Below, one piece after another: positions 10,345-20,100 of a stretch of DNA of 64,000 nucleotides. The DNA comes from a virus. Location of the stretch: positions 8,238-72,237 of the IMG/VR virus record IMGVR_UViG_3300028024_000006; one strand, written 5' to 3'. Position 1 is the first letter of the stretch, and each line of letters starts with the position of its first letter. The position numbers and the translations under genes were made by a program. The notes beneath the pieces are model-generated. The model was given only the letters and a program-made list of their open reading frames with translations, ran no database searches and had not been told where the DNA came from.

Positions 10345-10680
10345 ATGCCAGAAAGATTCATCGGCTATAAACGCCTGACGTTCAAGTACAGCGAGGGCTA
10401 TAAGCATCTGGACCGCAGCGAATACCTTGGCACGTTCAAGGTGTTAGGCGGTGAGCGGCTACGCTGGAGTGACGATGGTGAGTCGCGTGATCGCAGGCTT
10501 ACCGTGGTCGCGCCGCGTGGCGTTGCCCCGCGTGATGCCGTCGCAGCAATCGAAGACGCCATGAGCTACGGATGCCAGTGCGAGCACGACTGTTGCGGTC
10601 ACTGGCAATCGCGGGCGCGGGCACGCAGGACGAAGGGCCGTGATTACGCAGTCGAAATTCACGAGTATCCGAACGTATGA
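10345..10680 (+). CDS. Hypothetical protein with CxCxxDCCGH motif
   Basis: GAGG RBS; Cys cluster. Confidence 0.65.
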   Translation: MPERFIGYKRLTFKYSEGYKHLDRSEYLGTFKVLGGERLRWSDDGESRDRRLTVVAPRGVAPRDAVAAIEDAMSYGCQCEHDCCGHWQSRARARRTKGRDYAVEIHEYPNV

Positions 10681-10718
10681 CCATCGCCCGCGCAGGCGGG
10701 CACTTAAGCGAGGAAACC

Positions 10719-11060
10719 ATGAAACTGAAAATCAGCAAAAAGATGCAATCGATCATCATGCCGGGCGAGCAGGACGGTGCGCCCTATGCTGGCCTGTCAG
10801 GTTGCGACACGATCCGCGATACCCTGCGCACCGCGTGGGCCGCTGGCGGGCTCGCGAAAGACGGCTCGACCGTGATTGAAGTCACCGAGGCCGAGGCGCA
10901 TATCCTCACCGAGCACGGCAAGCTGGCTATCGCCGAGTGCGAACTGAAGCTCGCCGAGTGCCAGACCGACGAGGAAAAGAAGCCGTTTTTCGGGCGTAAT
11001 TCGGCGTGGTCCGCGCTTCTACGGAGCATCGAAAAAGAGCGCGCGCCGCTGGCCGCTTGA
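10719..11060 (+). CDS. Hypothetical protein
   Basis: GAGG RBS before ATG 10719. Confidence 0.6.
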   Translation: MKLKISKKMQSIIMPGEQDGAPYAGLSGCDTIRDTLRTAWAAGGLAKDGSTVIEVTEAEAHILTEHGKLAIAECELKLAECQTDEEKKPFFGRNSAWSALLRSIEKERAPLAA

Positions 11061-11066
11061 AGGGAC

Positions 11067-11096
11067 TTGCACAATAATTCGTGAGCGCATACTATT
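11067..11096 (+). promoter_or_regulatory. Early promoter/operator copy 2 (TTGCAC-17-TACTAT)
   Basis: Exact 16-mer at 11081-11096. Confidence 0.8.
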
Positions 11097-11101
11097 GAGT
11101 C

Positions 11102-11668
11102 ATGTTCAACGAACGCAGCGAGCGCGCTATGTACCTTAAATCGAACGCACCGGAAATCAAGTGGATCATCGCCCATTCGGCAACGAACGATTTCGCGCGC
11201 TCCTGCGACGAATACCTGTTGAAGACTGGCACGCTCACGCAGCCGATGTTTGACGCCGTACGGCGCGGCCTGAGCCCCGCTGCTGCGCCGGTTGACGTGT
11301 CCGGCGTGTCGCGCGTAGTCGAAGCGTTCGCGAACGCCACAGCGAGCGGCCTGAAAAAGCCGAAAATGTACCTGGGCGATTTCCTGTTCAAGCTCGCGCC
11401 GGCGACGGGCCGTAACAAGGGCGCGATTTACGTGACGGAAGAGGGCGCGTACCTTGGCAAGATCGCCGAGGGCAAGTTCCACGCCGCGCGCGAATGCACC
11501 GAAGCGCAGAGGGCCGCGATTGTGGCCGTGTGCGCCGCCCCGAAGAAAGCCGCCGAGGCATTCGGGCAGGAAACGGGCCGTTGCTCATGCTGCGGGCTCG
11601 AACTGACGGACCCGGTAAGCATCGCAAACAGCATCGGGCCGATTTGTGCGGGCCGATATGGCTTTTAG
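11102..11668 (+). CDS. DUF6011-like protein with C-terminal Zn finger
   Basis: GRCSCCGLELTDPVSIANSIGPICA. Confidence 0.7.
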   Translation: MFNERSERAMYLKSNAPEIKWIIAHSATNDFARSCDEYLLKTGTLTQPMFDAVRRGLSPAAAPVDVSGVSRVVEAFANATASGLKKPKMYLGDFLFKLAPATGRNKGAIYVTEEGAYLGKIAEGKFHAARECTEAQRAAIVAVCAAPKKAAEAFGQETGRCSCCGLELTDPVSIANSIGPICAGRYGF

Positions 11669-11685
11669 ACAGCAGGGGAGAATGA

Positions 11686-11853
11686 GTGGCAACACGAACC
11701 AAAGAGCCGCCGCTTTCCATCGTGAAGCGGCACAAGACAGTGCTCGCAGCAGCCAAGGCCGCGAAGAGCACGACGACCGCAACCCCGCGCACGAGCGCGC
11801 CGGAACCGAAGTTCCGCACTGTGCTCGCGCCTAATGCGAACTGGCCGACATGA
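11686..11853 (+). CDS. Small basic hypothetical protein (55 aa, not in track)
   Basis: GGGGAG RBS, GTG start MATRTKEPP..., ATGA overlap with next gene. Confidence 0.5.
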   Translation: MATRTKEPPLSIVKRHKTVLAAAKAAKSTTTATPRTSAPEPKFRTVLAPNANWPT

Positions 11854-12086
11854 GCGAAAAGAAACTGACTGTTGACGAAGTGATGGCGAAGACGTTTGCA
11901 CCGGAAACCGGTCGCGAGCCCCGCAGCAATGCTTACAGGGCGGGCGTTCGCGCCATGCTGGCGCTTCATATCGACGGCATTCAGCCGAGCATCCCCTACT
12001 GGGTCGGAAGTGCGGAGTTCGATGCGTACTTCGCTGGCCGCGAGGAAGGCAAGGCGATTGTGAAAACCTTGGAAGCCGACAAATGA
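11850..12086 (+). CDS. Hypothetical protein
   Basis: Start/stop-coupled in operon. Confidence 0.65.
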   Translation: MSEKKLTVDEVMAKTFAPETGREPRSNAYRAGVRAMLALHIDGIQPSIPYWVGSAEFDAYFAGREEGKAIVKTLEADK

Positions 12087-12316
12087 CACCGCAGGAACTA
12101 TTCGACTTCGCAAGCGGCTTTAGGCATCCGACCCGGAGCTATCCGACGGTGCGCGAAGCCGCGAAGCATTTCCGCACCACGCAGAGAGCCGTGATTGATG
12201 CGTGCGAAGACTGGCAGGGCGACGGCTACATGAAGCCCGCGACCGGCATCAAGGTCGGCAGCGGAATCGGCTCTTTTGATCGGCAAGGCGATTATCTTGT
12301 GGAGGCATACAAGTGA
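12083..12316 (+). CDS. Hypothetical protein, possible HTH (PTVREAAKHF)
   Basis: Coupled ORF. Confidence 0.6.
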   Translation: MTPQELFDFASGFRHPTRSYPTVREAAKHFRTTQRAVIDACEDWQGDGYMKPATGIKVGSGIGSFDRQGDYLVEAYK

Positions 12317-12636
12317 GTGATTCAGAGAGCGGCCTTGTCCTGCTGGACGACGGCGAATACTTCGTGCAGCACAACATCAACTATCCGCCGACGGCTGGCA
12401 ATGGCTTTCTCATGCGCCGCTGCGAACTTTCGCTGACCTCGCCAGAAGGCGCGGAGTGCGTCGGCGGCTATGAATTGAAGGTGGACGGAAAGTGGCTCTC
12501 GGATATTCACACGTACCACGACCCCCGCACCGATTCGGATTGCAGGGTTCTCGGTAGGTTTGACAGCCGCAATGACGCGATTCACTCGCTCTGGCAGCAC
12601 CGGCACGAGGCGCTAACCCGCCACCCGCGACACTGA
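12313..12636 (+). CDS. Hypothetical protein
   Basis: GTGA overlap. Confidence 0.6.
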   Translation: MSDSESGLVLLDDGEYFVQHNINYPPTAGNGFLMRRCELSLTSPEGAECVGGYELKVDGKWLSDIHTYHDPRTDSDCRVLGRFDSRNDAIHSLWQHRHEALTRHPRH

Positions 12637-12678
12637 CATAAGGCGGCCTGCCAGCGGGCCGTTCGCACGAGAACTGAC

Positions 12679-13035
12679 ATGCATGCACACTTCGACACCA
12701 TCGAGCGCGAGCTACGCGCCGCCATCGAGAGCGCCACGGACCAGGGCGAACTGATGGACCGGCTCGAACGCCTCATAAACGACGCCAAGGGCGCGCGGTT
12801 CATCGCGGGCATGGCCGTGTTCGGCAAGCAGTTCAAGCCGGGCGGCGAGCCCGCGCCCGTGCTCGAAGGCGTCGAGCCGCCGCCGCGCCGCTTCGAAGAG
12901 GGCGACAAGGTACGCACGAAAGAGGGGTATCTCGCGCACGTCGGATACTATGACGGCAAGGATAACGTCGTGGTAAATGTCGTGTTCCAGGCGGCAGAAT
13001 ACAAGGAGCAGGACTTGAGTCCGTCACCGCTATGA
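12679..13035 (+). CDS. Hypothetical protein, possible C-terminal KOW/SH3-like barrel
   Basis: FEEGDKVRTKEGYLAHV. Confidence 0.6.
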   Translation: MHAHFDTIERELRAAIESATDQGELMDRLERLINDAKGARFIAGMAVFGKQFKPGGEPAPVLEGVEPPPRRFEEGDKVRTKEGYLAHVGYYDGKDNVVVNVVFQAAEYKEQDLSPSPL

Positions 13036-13214
13036 GCTATCGCCTGAACAAGAATGCTCAACGGATGCTAGAAAAAGTCTGCGGCGCGGATGCCGTGGGC
13101 GAAGACTGGGTTTCGTTCGAGTGCATAACCATCCCCCTTTCTAGCCGCGCGTGCAAGGAATTGAACGAGCAGGCGAAGGAACATTACCCCGAGTTGAGCA
13201 ACAAAGAGGATTGA
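13032..13214 (+). CDS. Hypothetical protein
   Basis: ATGA overlap. Confidence 0.5.
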   Translation: MSYRLNKNAQRMLEKVCGADAVGEDWVSFECITIPLSSRACKELNEQAKEHYPELSNKED

Positions 13215-13217
13215 AGG

Positions 13218-13439
13218 ATGGTCAGGCTACGAATCAATGATGAACCGATGACGCCCGCCGAACGCCGCCGTCGCAGCGACGCCGAGCGCGCCGCGCGTGG
13301 CGAGCAGCGCGTAACGGCCTGGCTCACCGCCGAGGCATCCGCTGCACTCGACGCTATGGTCGGCCCGAAGAAAGCGCGCGCAGAACTGGCGAAGGTCTTG
13401 AGTGAGGCCGTCATCTACTACCAACGGAAGAAACGCTGA
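13218..13439 (+). CDS. Small DNA-binding protein, ribbon-helix-helix-like
   Basis: MTPAERRRRSDAERAARGEQRVTAWLTAEASAALDAM. Confidence 0.6.
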   Translation: MVRLRINDEPMTPAERRRRSDAERAARGEQRVTAWLTAEASAALDAMVGPKKARAELAKVLSEAVIYYQRKKR

Positions 13440-13771
13440 TGCTGCGCTATAACACCTTCGCCGGGGCAACGGCGACCGTCGGCCCCGCCGAGAATGTGAA
13501 AGTGCCCACGCTTGCGGAGTTCAAGCGCGCCATTGCGGCGGTATCCGGGCAGTTTTCATCGTGGGAAGCGCAGTTCCAGTCGTTTGCCGAGCAGCACGGC
13601 TGCGACCTTGAAGCGGGCAGCGTCATGATTCTGCCGACCGGCTTTGACGTGCGGGACATTCCGCCGCGCTACCGGAACAGGCAGGTGTTGATTGCCGAGC
13701 AGCCCACCGATGGCGTCATCTTTCTGCGCAATCCGCACGGCGAGCCGCCGACTATCCCGCCCACGGACTAA
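13439..13771 (+). CDS. Hypothetical protein
   Basis: TGATG coupling; converges on the structural genes. Confidence 0.55.
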   Translation: MLRYNTFAGATATVGPAENVKVPTLAEFKRAIAAVSGQFSSWEAQFQSFAEQHGCDLEAGSVMILPTGFDVRDIPPRYRNRQVLIAEQPTDGVIFLRNPHGEPPTIPPTD

Positions 13772-14249
13772 GGCTGTGCAGGTCGTCGCGCGGCGCGATG
13801 ACGTATTTCGTCGTGTACGGGAAAATCGAGACGGTCGTCGGCAGCTTCAGGATTTCGAACGCAATCACGACCCCGCCGCCCGGCATCGCGGCCACAAGGT
13901 CATACTTCTTGATTTCGACAGGCGGGGAGGCGACTGATGCAATCAGCGCTTCCTGCATGTCCGAGCCCGGCACGAACGAATCCTCGCGGTCGGTCGTATC
14001 AAGCTCCCCATCAAAGCGGCTCACAATCAGCAGCTTCACTTCGCCGACTTCCTGATACTCGTACTGGTCTTCGTCTTCCGGCGTGAGCACGCCCAGCCCG
14101 CCGAGCGTGGGCGCGCCGCCCATCATTTCGCCGGTCGTATTCGTGCGCTTGAATACCTTGCGATAGATCGTCGCATCCATTGACTGCGGATGCTTGAGCG
14201 CGACCGTGTTGGCCGCTTCCATGACCTTGCGCGGAATCTCGTTAATCAT
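13752..14249 (-). CDS. P1-like virion morphogenesis protein (unassigned)
   Basis: Last gene of the - strand structural operon. Confidence 0.55.
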   Translation of the reverse strand: MINEIPRKVMEAANTVALKHPQSMDATIYRKVFKRTNTTGEMMGGAPTLGGLGVLTPEDEDQYEYQEVGEVKLLIVSRFDGELDTTDREDSFVPGSDMQEALIASVASPPVEIKKYDLVAAMPGGGVVIAFEILKLPTTVSIFPYTTKYVIAPRDDLHSLSPWAG

Positions 14250-15322
14250 TTGACTTTACCCAGGTTGGCAATGGCTGTATCGAACATGGTCTGCGTGATC
14301 GCGCCCAGTTGCAGGGCCGCTTGCAGGCCCGCGATGGCCTTCTTTGTCGCCGCCGATACCTGTGCAGGCGTCGGGTTATTCGGCAGCTTCTCTGCGGCCT
14401 TCTTAGCCATCTTATTGCGCGCCTTGACCTTGGCTGTCTGTTCGGCCTTCACTGCCTTCGAGCTTCGCCGCAGGTTCGTGCTTTGGGTACTCTTCGCCGC
14501 CTGTTCGTCGGCATGTGCGCGCAGCTCTGCCGCCTTCACTCGCTCGACCTTCAGCAGCTTTTTGTCGAGCACGGCACGCGCTTTGACGACCTGATCGGCG
14601 ATGCGATTGTGTATTGCCGCGTCTCTCAGGATGACGTGCATCGTCCGCAGGACATGTTTGCACGCGACGCCCTGCAACTTGGGGTTCCTGATCTTCGGAT
14701 AGCCGGTTTCCGGTCGGGAATAATTGTAGTGTCCGATGGTGGCGATGTACCGGAACCAGTAGCGATGTCTGCCGCAGTCGCAATTGAACTTCAGTTTGCC
14801 TTTCGCGACGGCCTTGCCGATTTTCTTAGGGTCGAGCTTCGATGCTGCGACCTCACTCTCAAAGTCCATGAATTCGACGTGGACATGGTGCCGGGAAACG
14901 TCAGAATCCGGCCCACTGTTGGTGACGAAGTGGAACACATCGGCTTTGACCGCGACGGGGACTGACGTACGAATTTCCGCATTCGCGCGCTTACGGTCGG
15001 TATCAAGCGACAGGTCGATGACGTCCTGTGCCGTGATGCCGCCCGTAAAGCGGCGATCCTTTTTCAGCCGCGCTATGTTCTGCTGGAACGCGCGTATATC
15101 CGCATGCGTGATCGGGCGCAGAGTGCCGCGCCGAGTCGTCATGAGAAGCCGCCCGGCGTCGTATTCGCCCGAGACCTCGTTCGGCTTCAGGATCGTATTC
15201 GCCGCCTGCCGCTGTTCGAGGTCCGCGCTCTCGCGCTCGCGGGCTTCCTTTGCCGCCGAGGTCGGGCGGGCCGTAGCCCGCCTTCTCAGCATGTCATGCA
15301 GCAGATTCGAATCGATGGGCAT
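14246..15322 (-). CDS. P1 gp25-like tail protein with SWIM-type Zn finger
   Basis: FNCDCGRHRYWFRY...PKIRNPKLQGVACKHV. Confidence 0.7.
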   Translation of the reverse strand: MPIDSNLLHDMLRRRATARPTSAAKEARERESADLEQRQAANTILKPNEVSGEYDAGRLLMTTRRGTLRPITHADIRAFQQNIARLKKDRRFTGGITAQDVIDLSLDTDRKRANAEIRTSVPVAVKADVFHFVTNSGPDSDVSRHHVHVEFMDFESEVAASKLDPKKIGKAVAKGKLKFNCDCGRHRYWFRYIATIGHYNYSRPETGYPKIRNPKLQGVACKHVLRTMHVILRDAAIHNRIADQVVKARAVLDKKLLKVERVKAAELRAHADEQAAKSTQSTNLRRSSKAVKAEQTAKVKARNKMAKKAAEKLPNNPTPAQVSAATKKAIAGLQAALQLGAITQTMFDTAIANLGKVK

Positions 15323-15326
15323 TCGC

Positions 15327-15644
15327 TTAATCCAGTGACGCGTAAGCCGAGCTTTCTGCGTCGCTCAGATACCCGGTCTGCTTTTTTATGGTCGCCAGTT
15401 GCGCGGTCGTCGGCATAACGAGCAGTTGTTCGGGCAATACCTGTTCGAGCGTATCGAGCCCCGCCGCCGCGAAGGGCACGAGATAGAGCGAGCGGTCGCC
15501 ATATACCCGCTGCGCGACAAGCGTCAGGTCAAGACGCTCGTCAGGCTTCGAGTGATAGCGAACGGCATCCGACCAAACCGGCGTTTGCACGGCGAATTTG
15601 CGGATCGCGCGAACGAACGCGGCGGTAGCGGTTTCCGAAGGCAT
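15327..15644 (-). CDS. Small baseplate protein (P1 gp7/tail-X-like)
   Basis: PDERLDLTLVAQRVYG; position in operon. Confidence 0.55.
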   Translation of the reverse strand: MPSETATAAFVRAIRKFAVQTPVWSDAVRYHSKPDERLDLTLVAQRVYGDRSLYLVPFAAAGLDTLEQVLPEQLLVMPTTAQLATIKKQTGYLSDAESSAYASLD

Positions 15645-16387
15645 TACGCGCCCGGTTGTTCGTCAGCGGACGCCTCACCGCTACCGCCAGAGGCAGTGAG
15701 TGCGTCTTGCGCGCTCTGCGCCTGTGCGTCGATAGCAGCCTGTTGTTCGGCGGCGATGCGCGCCCGCTCTGCGTCGGCGACGCGCTGCGCCTCCTGTTCG
15801 GCTTCGACCTGCGCAGTCACGGCGGCTTCGTCCGGTTCCGTCGGCCATTCGCGCACGTTCGGGAAGTCCGGGCCTTGCGTGATGCGCACAAGCTCCAACT
15901 GATACGCGGCCCATGCCCTGAACAATCCAGCTTCGAGCGGAGTGAGCATTCCCATAGCGTGCGCGTCTGACTTGCCCCAGTTCTTTTCGCGCGCCGCGTT
16001 CATGCGCGTATCGAATTCGCTCATTGCCTCTTTGCGAACCCGTGCGGCGACCGCAGCCGGATCAATCTCCCACGCACCATTAACCCAGTGGTATTCATCC
16101 GATGGCCGGGGCTCTGCCGTGAGCCCGGCTTCTTCGAGGCCGATACCGGCAATCAGGATTTCCGCTGCATCGCCGTTGTCCGTGCGATAGAGCATCAAGC
16201 CCCGGAAATCCGGGCGCATGACCCACCCGCCATTGATGAAAAATGGCCACTCGCCGCGCTGGCGTTCGGGGACGGGAACCGGCGTGCTGAATGCCGGAAT
16301 CAGCCAGCCGTCGGTACGCGGGTCGGGGGTAGCGAGAACGCTGTTCGTGTACTGGCCCGTCAGGGAATCGTATTGGTGGATGAACAT
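15644..16387 (-). CDS. Tail fibre assembly chaperone (Tfa-like)
   Basis: Follows tail fibre; WLIPAFSTP, WAAYQLEL..WPTEP. Confidence 0.8.
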   Translation of the reverse strand: MFIHQYDSLTGQYTNSVLATPDPRTDGWLIPAFSTPVPVPERQRGEWPFFINGGWVMRPDFRGLMLYRTDNGDAAEILIAGIGLEEAGLTAEPRPSDEYHWVNGAWEIDPAAVAARVRKEAMSEFDTRMNAAREKNWGKSDAHAMGMLTPLEAGLFRAWAAYQLELVRITQGPDFPNVREWPTEPDEAAVTAQVEAEQEAQRVADAERARIAAEQQAAIDAQAQSAQDALTASGGSGEASADEQPGA

Positions 16388-16399
16388 GATGGTCGGTCC

Positions 16400-17911
16400 T
16401 TAGTAAGCCCGGATCATTGCTGAAAGGGCGATATTTCGCGGGCGTGATTCGTTGCCGCCGTCAGCGTTGATATAGATGGTGTGCGCATGATTACCCGCGC
16501 CGCCGATACCGACGTTATGGCCGTGCGACCCGGCACCATCGGTATCAAACGAGTGGGCGTGGTCGCCCACGCCCACAATGTCAGCCGAGTCGCCAGCGCC
16601 GACGGCCTGTTCACTGCCTGATCCGTTCTGATCGCTACCCGTCAGTGAGCCACCGTAGGGTGGACGGAACAGCCGGGAAAATATCCCGTTGTTATGGTTG
16701 TGCCCGCCCGCGCCATAGGTATTGCCGTGATGACCGTGCCAGCCCTGTGCATCGGTCCATGCGCTATGAACGTGGTCGCCGACGGCGGCAGACGATGCGA
16801 CGTGCGCATGCGAGAGGTTCTGCGTAGCCTGGAACGATCCGATACCGCGCCCGGAATCCACACCGCGACCGCCATCCCAGCAGCGCGGGAACTCGCCGCG
16901 CGCTTCGGGAATACGGAAAGTTGTCGATCCATCGCCCGTCGAGAAGCAGCCCCAGTTCCCCCCGGCCCATTGCGCCTCGGTCACGAGTGCGCTGCTTGTC
17001 TGCGCGTAGGCCCAGAGGTCGGGATAGGCGGCGCGGCTCAGTAGCGCACCGTTGAGCATGAGATAGCCTGCGCGCGGCGTGGTGCGAGGCTCGAACGCGA
17101 CCTGACCGACAAGCGCGGTCCTGATTGCAGCGGTCACGAATGCCGTATTCGAAAGGCGCAGATCATTTGCACCCAGCGGCGCAGTCGGCGCAGTCGGCGC
17201 ACCGCTAAAGCCGGGGCTATTCAGGAATGCGACTGCGCCCAGGTCAGTCGAATCGACCGTCACCTTTAACTGTCCGCCAGCGGACCATCCGACATAGACC
17301 TTGTTTGTTGCCTGCCCGATGCCGCCGCCTTGCTGGACTGGCGTGAAACCAAGGTTCGGCTGCTTGCCGTTGACGACGGTTTCGAGCGCCGCGACACGCG
17401 TCTTCGTTTCATACTGCGGATGCGGGTCGTTCTTCGCTTCGTGTTGCAGAATCAGCGCGGCCATACCTGCCGGATCGGGAGTCGTCACGACAGTGACAGA
17501 ACCAGCGGGCAGCACAGAGATATCGAGCGTGTACGCAAAAGGAACATCGAATGCTGCCGACTTGACGAATAGCGGCGTCGCGGGCTGGCTCCATACGGCA
17601 AAGAGCGTGCTTCCTGCATAGAAGCCGATTTCCCCGATAGCCAGACCATTTGGCGAGCGCCCCTGCGGGTCCGTGTCGGTGATCGTCGTGCCGATCTGAA
17701 GAGACGTGGGCGTCGGTGTCGTACCGCTGGAAATCGCGTAGCGCGCGACCTCACTGCGAAGCGAAAAGTCATCGTTCGTAGGGTTATAGAGGCCCGTCCC
17801 GATAGCGATATGGGTCAGCTTGACCGACAGGCCCGGAGTGCTTCCGCTAGGCACAAGCGCAAGCCCGGCCTTGGTGATTACTGGATTCAGGACAGGGGTA
17901 GCCACAGTCAT
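16400..17911 (-). CDS. Tail fibre protein with collar domain and HxH metal-binding tip
   Basis: GYLMLNGALLSRAAYPDLW..FRIPEARGEFPRCWDGGRGVD; seven HxH motifs; ESRPRNIA C-terminus. Confidence 0.9.
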   Translation of the reverse strand: MTVATPVLNPVITKAGLALVPSGSTPGLSVKLTHIAIGTGLYNPTNDDFSLRSEVARYAISSGTTPTPTSLQIGTTITDTDPQGRSPNGLAIGEIGFYAGSTLFAVWSQPATPLFVKSAAFDVPFAYTLDISVLPAGSVTVVTTPDPAGMAALILQHEAKNDPHPQYETKTRVAALETVVNGKQPNLGFTPVQQGGGIGQATNKVYVGWSAGGQLKVTVDSTDLGAVAFLNSPGFSGAPTAPTAPLGANDLRLSNTAFVTAAIRTALVGQVAFEPRTTPRAGYLMLNGALLSRAAYPDLWAYAQTSSALVTEAQWAGGNWGCFSTGDGSTTFRIPEARGEFPRCWDGGRGVDSGRGIGSFQATQNLSHAHVASSAAVGDHVHSAWTDAQGWHGHHGNTYGAGGHNHNNGIFSRLFRPPYGGSLTGSDQNGSGSEQAVGAGDSADIVGVGDHAHSFDTDGAGSHGHNVGIGGAGNHAHTIYINADGGNESRPRNIALSAMIRAY

Positions 17912-17932
17912 TCCTTGAATTCGATCCTCTGA

Positions 17933-17974
17933 ATTCTCGGTGTGGATTTACCCCGTCAGGCGGCGCGTTTTCCT
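17933..17974 (-). promoter_or_regulatory. Putative late promoter (AGGAAAA-N29-GAGAAT) upstream of tail fibre
   Basis: Shared motif and spacing, intergenic. Confidence 0.7.
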
Positions 17975-17977
17975 AGC

Positions 17978-18430
17978 CTAAATGGACAGGAACATGTCGC
18001 GCATTTCAGCGGCCATATCGGTTGCATCGCTCGCGTTGAGCGTGAGATTGGCCGCATTAACGAGCGCGAGCACGGCAACATTGCCATTCGTCGTCTCGGA
18101 CGAAAGCTCGTAGCGCGTGCCGTTTTCGGTCATGGTCGCGACCTGTAGCCGGTGCGTCGGATCATGCTTCGTGACAGCCGGGAGCAGTTCGAGCAGCTTG
18201 CCCGCCTGCGCGCGGTACAGTTGCCGGATCGCGTCGGAGAGGTCGTCTTCGGTAAAGAGCCGGTCACGCTCGCCGCGTGAGTTGTTGGTGACGACGAGCG
18301 CGCCGCCGATTCGCTCTCCTGGCGGCAGTTCCTTCGAGACGATCATGTAGCCGCTTGCCGGATCGAGCAGGGCGCGTAGGTTGATCGGAGGGCCGAAGTA
18401 GCCAGAGATTTCCGCCTGAATATGGATCAC
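17978..18430 (-). CDS. P1-like morphogenesis protein (gp5-like position)
   Basis: Coupled to upstream gene in structural operon; assignment by synteny. Confidence 0.5.
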   Translation of the reverse strand: MIHIQAEISGYFGPPINLRALLDPASGYMIVSKELPPGERIGGALVVTNNSRGERDRLFTEDDLSDAIRQLYRAQAGKLLELLPAVTKHDPTHRLQVATMTENGTRYELSSETTNGNVAVLALVNAANLTLNASDATDMAAEMRDMFLSI

Positions 18431-19215
18431 GAGCGCACCTGGGTGATGTTGCCGTCGGCGTCGATTTTCGTATTGATCGTCGTGCCGGGCTGTACGCCCA
18501 TCGCGCCCGCGAACGTCTCGACGGATTCGACTTCGATCACCACCGGGTAGCCAGCAGGTGCGGCCTTGCCGTCGTTCGCTTCGCCGTCAGCGGGAGCCCT
18601 GAAAATGGGCACGGTCGCGCGGATAGTCATGTCCACCACGAGAATCGTGAGGTTCGTCTGATCGAGGTTCGACGCCACGCCGCCATAGTCGATAGCTTCG
18701 AACACGGCGGGAAACTTCTGCTTGAACCCAGCAAACTCATATTCCGTAGCGAATCGCCGCCCGGCAGGCCCCTGCGTCGTCCAGTGGTTAAATTGGAGAA
18801 TCAGACTGTGCGCGGTCGCCGCTTCCGGCGCGATGAACACGAGCTGCGCCTTGTACTCATTGCAGGTAGTCGAGCAGCTATAGACGCGGCCTAGCTCGTC
18901 GTCGGGAAACACAATGGGCATGTCCGGCACGGCCACGCCGAATTCGGGCAGCACCGGCAGGAAGTTCTTGTCGAGCGCGAGGAACGCCACCGGCAGCATG
19001 GACGACAGACCCGGCCCGGCGTTGTTCTCGTTCTTGCGCCATTCGGCCAGCATCTTTTCCACATCGTCAATCATGCGGCCCGGCACCCACACGATGGACT
19101 TTGCCACCTCGCGCGCGGCGTATTCCTGCATGGCCTGCGTGTCGGCCACCAGCGAGCCGTGAAAGCCCACCATGTACTGTGCGAGGCCGAGTTCAATAGG
19201 GGTGCGCAGACTCAT
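18427..19215 (-). CDS. P1-like tail/baseplate protein (gp6-like, tail-terminator type)
   Basis: Position; WVPGRMIDD..LPVAFLA. Confidence 0.5.
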   Translation of the reverse strand: MSLRTPIELGLAQYMVGFHGSLVADTQAMQEYAAREVAKSIVWVPGRMIDDVEKMLAEWRKNENNAGPGLSSMLPVAFLALDKNFLPVLPEFGVAVPDMPIVFPDDELGRVYSCSTTCNEYKAQLVFIAPEAATAHSLILQFNHWTTQGPAGRRFATEYEFAGFKQKFPAVFEAIDYGGVASNLDQTNLTILVVDMTIRATVPIFRAPADGEANDGKAAPAGYPVVIEVESVETFAGAMGVQPGTTINTKIDADGNITQVRS

Positions 19216-20091
19216 TTAGACCCCGTACCGTTGCTTGGCCGCGTCGAGCACGGCATCGCCTTTCGTCTCTTCGGCGGGCAGCTTCTCGAAGCCGACGCAC
19301 TTCGCCGCGCTGAATGCGTTCGCGCGTGCCATAAAGGCGCGCGTGGCGGACTTGCTCACGACCATCGGGCGGGTCTGTTCGTCGCCGGTCGAGTCGAGCA
19401 CGATCACACCGTTTTCGTTGGCCGTGCCGCGCGAGGAAAGCATCGAGAGCATTTCCTCGTTCTCTTCGCGAAGCCGTGCCATCGTCGCGAGTGCGAGGTC
19501 GTGATCGCGCATGATCGAGTCGTACATCGTTTTCATCGCGGCCATGCCGTGCGTCCAGTCGGCCATGACCGCATCGAGCATCATGCCGTCGAAGCCCTCG
19601 CCGGTCGAGTCGAGCATATAGCCGCGATTGGTCGTGAAGTTCGGCTCAAACACGAAATCGAACCCGGCGAAGATGATCGGCACGTCCACCGGGCCATTGG
19701 GTTTGGCGAAAATCGCGCTAGAAAAGCCGCCCTTTCGGCTGTTGAAACAGCGTTCGGCAAGCTCGCCGGCAGCGGTATCCAGAAACTCTGCCTCATGCTC
19801 AATGTTGCCGTCGTCGTCCGCCTTCAGGTGCGTGGTGACGAGAGCCGGTTCGATGTACACCGGCTTGCCGGTTTCCTTGTCCACCACCATTTCGGGCGGC
19901 TGGATGCCGTACTTCATGCGCACGATATGCCCATAGAAGCCGTGCAGGTCGCGGTTTTTCACGCGCTCCTGTACTTCGTTGCCGTTCACGATGGAAGCAA
20001 GGGCGCGCGTATCAAGATTGCGGTCCTTGCCGATGAACTTACGCCCGCGCTCGCGCACGTTGTAAGTGATTTTGCCGGTCTTCTTGCCCAT
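19216..20091 (-). CDS. pro: P1 Pro-like prohead-processing protease
   Basis: GFYGH..HEAEFLDT..GGFSSAI..GFDFVFEPNF. Confidence 0.7.
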   Translation of the reverse strand: MGKKTGKITYNVRERGRKFIGKDRNLDTRALASIVNGNEVQERVKNRDLHGFYGHIVRMKYGIQPPEMVVDKETGKPVYIEPALVTTHLKADDDGNIEHEAEFLDTAAGELAERCFNSRKGGFSSAIFAKPNGPVDVPIIFAGFDFVFEPNFTTNRGYMLDSTGEGFDGMMLDAVMADWTHGMAAMKTMYDSIMRDHDLALATMARLREENEEMLSMLSSRGTANENGVIVLDSTGDEQTRPMVVSKSATRAFMARANAFSAAKCVGFEKLPAEETKGDAVLDAAKQRYGV

Positions 20092-20100
20092 GTGAATTCC

